The notes under the pieces are model-generated. The model did no database searches. It worked only from the letters and a program-made list of their open reading frames with translations, and had not been told where the DNA came from. From contig JBDRLL010000004.1 in the NCBI GenBank assembly GCA_043813075.1, positions 1-12,525 of the forward strand: 12,525 bases of DNA, given 5' to 3'. The stretch is from Candidatus Altiarchaeota archaeon. Lineage in GTDB: Archaea > Altiarchaeota > Altiarchaeia > IMC4 > SCGC-AAA252-I15. The position numbers were made by a program, and so were the translations under genes. Numbering within the stretch: position 1 is the first letter of the stretch; every line of letters begins with the position of its first letter. Shown here in pieces: positions 8,354-12,525 of this stretch.

Positions 8354-9196
8354 TTAGCCGATTAGGCTGTATATCGCGTAGGCCCCCAGGATGAGGGTGA
8401 CTACCCCTATCATGAGCCTCAGCTTATCGGTCTTGATTATCTTAACGGTGTAGGCTGATATCGGGACTGATAGTATCGCCCCCACCAGCAGGTAGGGCGC
8501 CAGCACCCAGTCTATCTGCACGCCGGTCACAAAGTACATGAAGACGCCGACCACGCACGTCAGCCCTTCAGCCAGCGAGGTTATGCCTATCGCATTCTTC
8601 TCGTCGACCCCTGACAGTATCTGGCCTCCCGTGACCACCGGACCGTATCCGCCGCCGCTGAGGCCCTTGTTGAATGACGCGAGTATGCTGAGCGCGGTTA
8701 TCTTCCTCCAGGAGAACGCGAACATCATGTTCCTGCTGGCGAGTATTACGGCCCCTATGAGTGTTATGAGCACTGCGATGTAGAGCTTCAGGTAGAATTT
8801 TGGTATGCTGACTGCTATGAGGACTGCGACCACAGTCCCTATTATGCTGCATGAGGCTATCAGCATGGTTATCTTCAGCGCCTTCGGCGCCTCCTCCCTG
8901 AACCCGTTCACGTACCCTATCTCGTGGAGCCTCCTGAGTATGTCCTTCACCTTCTTCTTGCGGGGGAAGAGCTCCACGTTCCCGAGCTCGTGGTGGGTGA
9001 AGCCGGCGAGTATTCCGGTGAACAGCTCCGACAACAGCACGGACGGCACTATCTGCATCGGCTGGAAGCCGAGTATCAGCAGTACGGGAGTGAGTATGGT
9101 CCCGTACCCCATCCCCAACGTCGAGTCCAGGTATTCGCAAACAAACGCTGTGGCGACTATCCCAAGACCAATCCATAAGGCCAGTTCAAATATCAC
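8354..9196 (-). CDS. Sulfite exporter TauE/SafE (TSUP/DUF81) family membrane protein, paralog 1
   Basis: Motifs [14 protein letters not shown] and [12 protein letters not shown] with multiple TM segments. The GTG start overlaps the upstream TGA and is preceded by GAGGTGA. Confidence 0.88.
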   Translation of the reverse strand: MIFELALWIGLGIVATAFVCEYLDSTLGMGYGTILTPVLLILGFQPMQIVPSVLLSELFTGILAGFTHHELGNVELFPRKKKVKDILRRLHEIGYVNGFREEAPKALKITMLIASCSIIGTVVAVLIAVSIPKFYLKLYIAVLITLIGAVILASRNMMFAFSWRKITALSILASFNKGLSGGGYGPVVTGGQILSGVDEKNAIGITSLAEGLTCVVGVFMYFVTGVQIDWVLAPYLLVGAILSVPISAYTVKIIKTDKLRLMIGVVTLILGAYAIYSLIG

Positions 9197-10032
9197 ATCA
9201 TCACCTCTATGAGAGTGTATGAGCCTAAGATTATCGTCAATACCCCGACCACCACCCTAAGCCTCTTGGTGGTTATCTTCTTCACAGTGTATGCTGACAA
9301 AGGCGTTGACATCACAGTGCCTATCAGCAGGTAGGGGAGCAGCGTCCAGTCTATGAAGTCGCGCGATACCAGGTACATCAGCACGCCGGCTACGCACGTT
9401 ATGGCCTCCGACAGCGTGGTTATGCTTATCGCATTCCTCTCGTTGACTCCCGAAATCAGCTGGCCGCTGGTTATGAGGGGGCCGTATCCGCCGGCGCTGA
9501 TGCCCTTGTTGAATGACGCGATCATGCTGAGTATCGTTATCTTCCCCCAGGAGAACTTGAACTTCTTGTTGAGTGTCGCGAGGATGAAGAAGCCTATGGC
9601 GAGCACCACGAATCCGATGTACATCTTCAGGTGGACGGTGGTTATGTGCGTCGCCACGAATACGGCTGAGACCGCGCCTAGTATCCCGCAGGCGGATATT
9701 ATGAGCGTCACCTTCAGGTTGTCTGGTATGTTCTGCCTGAAGCTCTCCGCGTACCCGATGTCCTTCAGCTGCTTGACCAGGCTCGTCATGCCATTGAGCT
9801 GGGGCTTGAAGTTCGCGTTACCCATCTTGTGGTGGAAGAATCCCGCGAGGAATCCTGCCACCAGCTGGGAGACGAGTAGGGGTGGGACTATCTGCAGTGG
9901 ATTGAATCCTATCGCCAGCAGGAGGGGCGTGAGGGCTGTGCCGTATCCCATGCCTGTCGTCGAATCCAGGTATTCCGCCACGAAGGCTATGATTATTATG
10001 GACACACCCAAAAGCAGCGCGAGTTCGAACAT
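9193..10032 (-). CDS. Sulfite exporter TauE/SafE (TSUP/DUF81) family membrane protein, paralog 2
   Basis: Motifs DSTTGMGYGTALTP and FNKGISAGGYGP. Colinear with paralog 1 over its full length, with GGGAGG RBS upstream. Confidence 0.88.
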   Translation of the reverse strand: MFELALLLGVSIIIIAFVAEYLDSTTGMGYGTALTPLLLAIGFNPLQIVPPLLVSQLVAGFLAGFFHHKMGNANFKPQLNGMTSLVKQLKDIGYAESFRQNIPDNLKVTLIISACGILGAVSAVFVATHITTVHLKMYIGFVVLAIGFFILATLNKKFKFSWGKITILSMIASFNKGISAGGYGPLITSGQLISGVNERNAISITTLSEAITCVAGVLMYLVSRDFIDWTLLPYLLIGTVMSTPLSAYTVKKITTKRLRVVVGVLTIILGSYTLIEVMM

Positions 10033-10038
10033 GCGTAT

Positions 10039-10044
10039 CCTCCC
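10039..10044 (-). promoter_or_regulatory. Shine-Dalgarno site (GGGAGG) for TauE paralog 2
   Basis: The minus strand reads TAA GGGAGG ATACGC ATG between the cysD stop and the ATG at 10032. Confidence 0.7.
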
Positions 10045-10848
10045 TTACATGTAGCCTAGGGCCCTCAGCTTCTGCATCATGTAGTCGGACTCCTTGTCCT
10101 GCGACCGTCCGGAGCGTTCCGCCACCGTAGTCGTCCTGAGTTCCTCGACTATCTTTTCGACGGTGTCTGCTTCGCTGTCTACTGGATGGCAGCATGGCTG
10201 GCATCCCAGACTCCTATACCTCTTCCCGTCCCTGGCCAGGTACATGGGGTTGATGGGTATCCCCTCCCTCAGTATGTACTCCCATATGTCGAGCTCAGTC
10301 CAGTGGAGTATCGGGTGGACTCTTATGTGCTGTTCCTCGTCGCTCCTGCTCTTGTACTGGTCCCAAAGCTCCGGAGGCTGGTCCTTATAATTCCACTTGA
10401 AGTCCTGGTTCCTCGGGCTGAAGTATCTTTCCTTCGCTCTTATTCCGTGCTCGTCCCGCCTGATGCCCAATAGTATGGCCTTGTACTTCTTCTCGTTGAT
10501 GAAGTCCCTGAGCGCCTGGGTCTTCAGTGCGGTGCAGCACTTCAACGCGCCCTGGTCGACGCACATTCCTTCAGCCAGCGCCTTATCGTTCCTCGCTATC
10601 TGCAGGTCGAGGTTCCACTCCTTCGCCCAGTGGTCTCTGAACTCGTACATCCGGGGGAACTTGTAGCTCGTGTCTATGTGTATGACAGGGAACGGCAGTC
10701 TCCCGTAGAATGCCTTCCTGCACAGCCACAGCAGGGTTGTGCTGTCTTTCCCTATCGACCATAGCATGCCGATGTCCTTGAACTGCTTGTAGGCCTCCCG
10801 TATCACGTAAATGCTCCTGCTCTCCAAATCATCCAAGTGGTCCATCAT
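10045..10848 (-). CDS. cysD: Sulfate adenylyltransferase subunit 2
   Basis: MMDHLDDLESRSIYVIREAY N-terminus, PP-loop WSIGKDS, HIDTSYKF, GIRRDEH..RAKER.FS.R, QPPELW, RVHP…WTELDIW, YRSLGC. The start at 10848 overlaps the RHH stop (ATGA). Confidence 0.95.
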   Translation of the reverse strand: MMDHLDDLESRSIYVIREAYKQFKDIGMLWSIGKDSTTLLWLCRKAFYGRLPFPVIHIDTSYKFPRMYEFRDHWAKEWNLDLQIARNDKALAEGMCVDQGALKCCTALKTQALRDFINEKKYKAILLGIRRDEHGIRAKERYFSPRNQDFKWNYKDQPPELWDQYKSRSDEEQHIRVHPILHWTELDIWEYILREGIPINPMYLARDGKRYRSLGCQPCCHPVDSEADTVEKIVEELRTTTVAERSGRSQDKESDYMMQKLRALGYM

Positions 10849-11054
10849 AGATACCCTAGTTTCCGTAGCTTCTCTATAACCTTGTCCTTCGCCTCCTCCG
10901 TGTTGTTCCACTCGTCTTTCGTGGAGACGATTTCCCTGAGGACGTAGGTGACGTAGTCTGACATTGACTTGAAGCCTGTCCCAGTTATCTGCCCCTTAAT
11001 CTTCCGGGCCAGGTCTTCGGGGATGCTCACTGTAGTGTATTTCGTGTCGTGCAT
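10845..11054 (-). CDS. Ribbon-helix-helix (CopG/MetJ/Arc-type) transcriptional regulator with acidic linker and LRKLGYL tail
   Basis: Beta strand YTTVSIP, helix EDLARKIKGQI, turn TGFKS, helix MSDYVTYVLREIV, then tail EEAKDKVIEKLRKLGYL. Translationally coupled to cysD. Confidence 0.85.
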   Translation of the reverse strand: MHDTKYTTVSIPEDLARKIKGQITGTGFKSMSDYVTYVLREIVSTKDEWNNTEEAKDKVIEKLRKLGYL

Positions 11055-11084
11055 GACAAAAACCCCTGCAGTACAATCACAGGC

Positions 11085-11126
11085 AATTAAAACAGTTTAA
11101 TTATAGGTAATTACTTATTTATAAAT
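11085..11126 (-). promoter_or_regulatory. AT-rich promoter/operator region of the RHH-cysD-tauE-tauE-cysN-SGNH operon, with palindromes
   Basis: TTTTAATT on the minus strand about 30 nt before ATG 11054. Dyads: AATTAAA-N4-TTTAATT (11085-11102), ATAGGTAATTACTTAT (11103-11118), ATTTATAAAT (11117-11126). Confidence 0.55.
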
Positions 11127-11136
11127 TAGTTTTTCT

Positions 11137-11283
11137 TTAATCCAGGTATCCGAGGCTCTTCAACCGGTCTTTAACCTTCTCCTCATCGGAGTTGGGCTTG
11201 ACCATCTCGGCCTCGTGTTTCGCAATCTCTTCCTGAGTCCGCCTTATCCCAAGCTTTATGAGCAGGGTGTTGAATAATCCCAT
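11137..11283 (-). CDS. Small 48-aa protein ending in the LxxLGY motif (not in the ORF track)
   Basis: MGLFNTLLIKLGIRRTQEEIAKHEAEMVKPNSDEEKVKDRLKSLGYLD*. The ORF is GC-richer than its AT-rich flanks and has a BRE-TATA (CGAAACGTATTTTAA) 22 nt upstream. Its tail matches the neighbouring RHH and CysD C-termini. Confidence 0.8.
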   Translation of the reverse strand: MGLFNTLLIKLGIRRTQEEIAKHEAEMVKPNSDEEKVKDRLKSLGYLD

Positions 11284-11305
11284 GGGAGATGAATAGGATT
11301 CACAA

Positions 11306-11320
11306 TTAAAATACGTTTCG
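11306..11320 (-). promoter_or_regulatory. BRE+TATA promoter of the 48-aa ORF
   Basis: The minus strand reads CGAAACGTATTTTAA, then 22 nt, then ATG. The 12-mer AACGTATTTTAA is identical in sequence and spacing to that before ATG 11701. Confidence 0.7.
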
Positions 11321-11324
11321 CGAA

Positions 11325-11591
11325 TCAGTAGGCGGTCTTCAAACGCTTCTCAGCCAGGTCATGCAGGAAAAACAAGTCCAAGGCCCTCCTCAGACTCTCG
11401 GGAGTCCTCAGCAAAGGATGCTTAGGCCTATGCAGCCTATGAATCCCCTCCATATCCTGCACCTCCCCAGACTTGAAGCGAACAGCCTTCAACTCCATGT
11501 TCTCATCAAGGATATACTCGGAGATAGCCTTACGGTTAAACTCCAAGCACCCTCCCCTCTCAACCAAAACCTTAAAATCAGACATCTTCAT
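11325..11591 (-). CDS. Hypothetical protein (88 aa)
   Basis: The ORF fills the gap between two AT-rich intergenic regions, has TTTTTATA upstream on the minus strand, and shows codon usage like its neighbours (GAG/AAG/AGG). No family recognised. Confidence 0.6.
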   Translation of the reverse strand: MKMSDFKVLVERGGCLEFNRKAISEYILDENMELKAVRFKSGEVQDMEGIHRLHRPKHPLLRTPESLRRALDLFFLHDLAEKRLKTAY

Positions 11592-11700
11592 ATAATATAT
11601 GACAAACTCATATAAAAATAAAAAAATAAGTTATATAATATAAGAAAAGGTTATGTTATATGGAATAACGTATTTTAAGGCGCATTATTAATGCTTAGGG
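11592..11700. promoter_or_regulatory. Divergent AT-rich promoter region
   Basis: Plus strand AACGTATTTTAA at 11667-11678, 22 nt before ATG 11701. Minus strand TTTTTATA at 11618-11611, before ATG 11591. Confidence 0.7.
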
Positions 11701-12525
11701 ATGGCCTACAAAATATTAGTCATAGAGGGGGACGGCATAGGCCCTGAAGTCACCAAAGCGGCTCTAACAGTCCTTGAGACGCTCCAAGACAAGCATGGCT
11801 TCAGCCTTGAATACGTGTACGAAAACTGCGGCGACGAGGTGAAGGAGAAGACTGGAACCGCAGTTCCTGAAGCAGCCATCAAGGCATTCAAGAAAGCTGA
11901 TGCCGCGTTGAAAGGCCCTGTCGGAGAGACAGTAGCAGACTTCATCATCGCATTCCGCCAGGCATTCGACCTGTACGTTAACATAAGGCCCGCATTCTCT
12001 TATCCGGCAATCAGTCCTCCTGCACTACGCCCAGACATTAATTTCGTGATCATCCGCGAGAACTCTGAGGGCTTCTACCGGACCGCGGAGCTTGACGCAA
12101 ACAAGTTCAAGGACGAACTCTTGGATGGTGGGGAGTCAGCGAAGCTGAAGAAACTCTTGGAGTCGATACTCTCAGAAGATTCCGGTGACGCGGTGCTTTC
12201 GACTGGAGTCTTCACCCAGCACGGCGCGAGGAGGATTGTGGACTTCGCGTTCGAGTACGAGAAGATGCGGGTGGAACAGGGCCTGTCATGCGGCTACCCT
12301 AGCTGGGACGAGAAAGAGAAGGAGGGTTACGTCAGGCTGGTGCACAAGAAGAACATATACCGTAAAGCCCACGACGTGTATGAGAAGGAATTCTTCGCCA
12401 AATCAAATGAGTACCCCAACGTTCACGCGGACGTCAGGTACATTGACGCCATGTGCATAGACTTGTTGCGGTGGCCCCATACTTTTTCCACTATAGTGAC
12501 CACAAACATGTTCGGCGACATCCTC
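11701..12525 (+). CDS. leuB: Isocitrate/isopropylmalate dehydrogenase family protein, most like archaeal 3-isopropylmalate dehydrogenase; 3'-truncated
   Basis: Open frame from ATG 11701 to the window end: MAYKILVIEGDGIGPEV, LKGPVGE, FDLYVNIRP, IIRENSEGFY, VHKKN, YIDAM, TTNMFGDIL. The family is secure; substrate (LeuB versus AksF/IDH) is less certain. Confidence 0.85.
   Translation, partial: MAYKILVIEGDGIGPEVTKAALTVLETLQDKHGFSLEYVYENCGDEVKEKTGTAVPEAAIKAFKKADAALKGPVGETVADFIIAFRQAFDLYVNIRPAFSYPAISPPALRPDINFVIIRENSEGFYRTAELDANKFKDELLDGGESAKLKKLLESILSEDSGDAVLSTGVFTQHGARRIVDFAFEYEKMRVEQGLSCGYPSWDEKEKEGYVRLVHKKNIYRKAHDVYEKEFFAKSNEYPNVHADVRYIDAMCIDLLRWPHTFSTIVTTNMFGDIL

Noticed and set aside
10849-10911. 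Longer cysD start at 10911
   Set aside because: It lies inside the RHH gene. The CysD-like sequence starts at MMDHL (10848) with an ATGA overlap.
11306-11678. Inverted 12-bp repeats flanking the 88-aa ORF as terminal inverted repeats of a mobile element
   Set aside because: No transposase or target-site duplication was seen. Each copy sits 22 nt before an ATG, which is better explained as divergent promoters.
171-12460. Numerous overlapping antisense and alternate-frame ORFs in the ORF track (e.g. 1727..2341 -, 4410..4979 +, 8568..9176 -, 9353..10054 +, 11706..11984 -, 12185..12460 +)
   Set aside because: They are shadows of well-supported genes, with no recognisable motifs or expression signals.
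1-12525. CRISPR arrays, tRNA/rRNA genes, IS elements
   Set aside because: No spaced direct repeats, RNA-gene signatures or transposase motifs were seen, and the window is almost fully protein-coding with short gaps.

Overview
Archaeal-type region: BRE/TATA-like promoters about 22 nt before ATGs, GGTGA/GGAGG ribosome-binding sites and an oligo-T terminator. The Thr-rich surface protein is reminiscent of Altiarchaeota, but the taxonomy is only an inference. On the left are a 5'-truncated S8 (subtilisin-like) protease with Thr-rich and repeated C-terminal domains, then a small stand-alone CFI-box-CTERM-like ORF. The centre is a ~9 kb minus-strand sulfate-activation/surface-glycan locus: 88-aa hypothetical, an uncalled 48-aa ORF, RHH regulator, cysD, two tandem TauE/SafE paralogs, cysN, SGNH protein, a short AlkP-superfamily enzyme, Wzx-like flippase and a secreted AlkP-superfamily enzyme. 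On the right is a divergent, 3'-truncated isopropylmalate/isocitrate dehydrogenase-family gene. The main observation is that five consecutive, mostly unrelated proteins carry the same short motif, [KRQ]-L-[KRH]-x-[LI]-G-Y. It is the C-terminus of the 48-aa peptide, the RHH regulator and CysD, and it sits inside an inserted loop of both TauE paralogs. The two AlkP enzymes lack such a tail. This suggests a motif-wired sulfation module. No APS kinase or sulfotransferase is visible in the window. No rRNA, tRNA, CRISPR or mobile element was seen.
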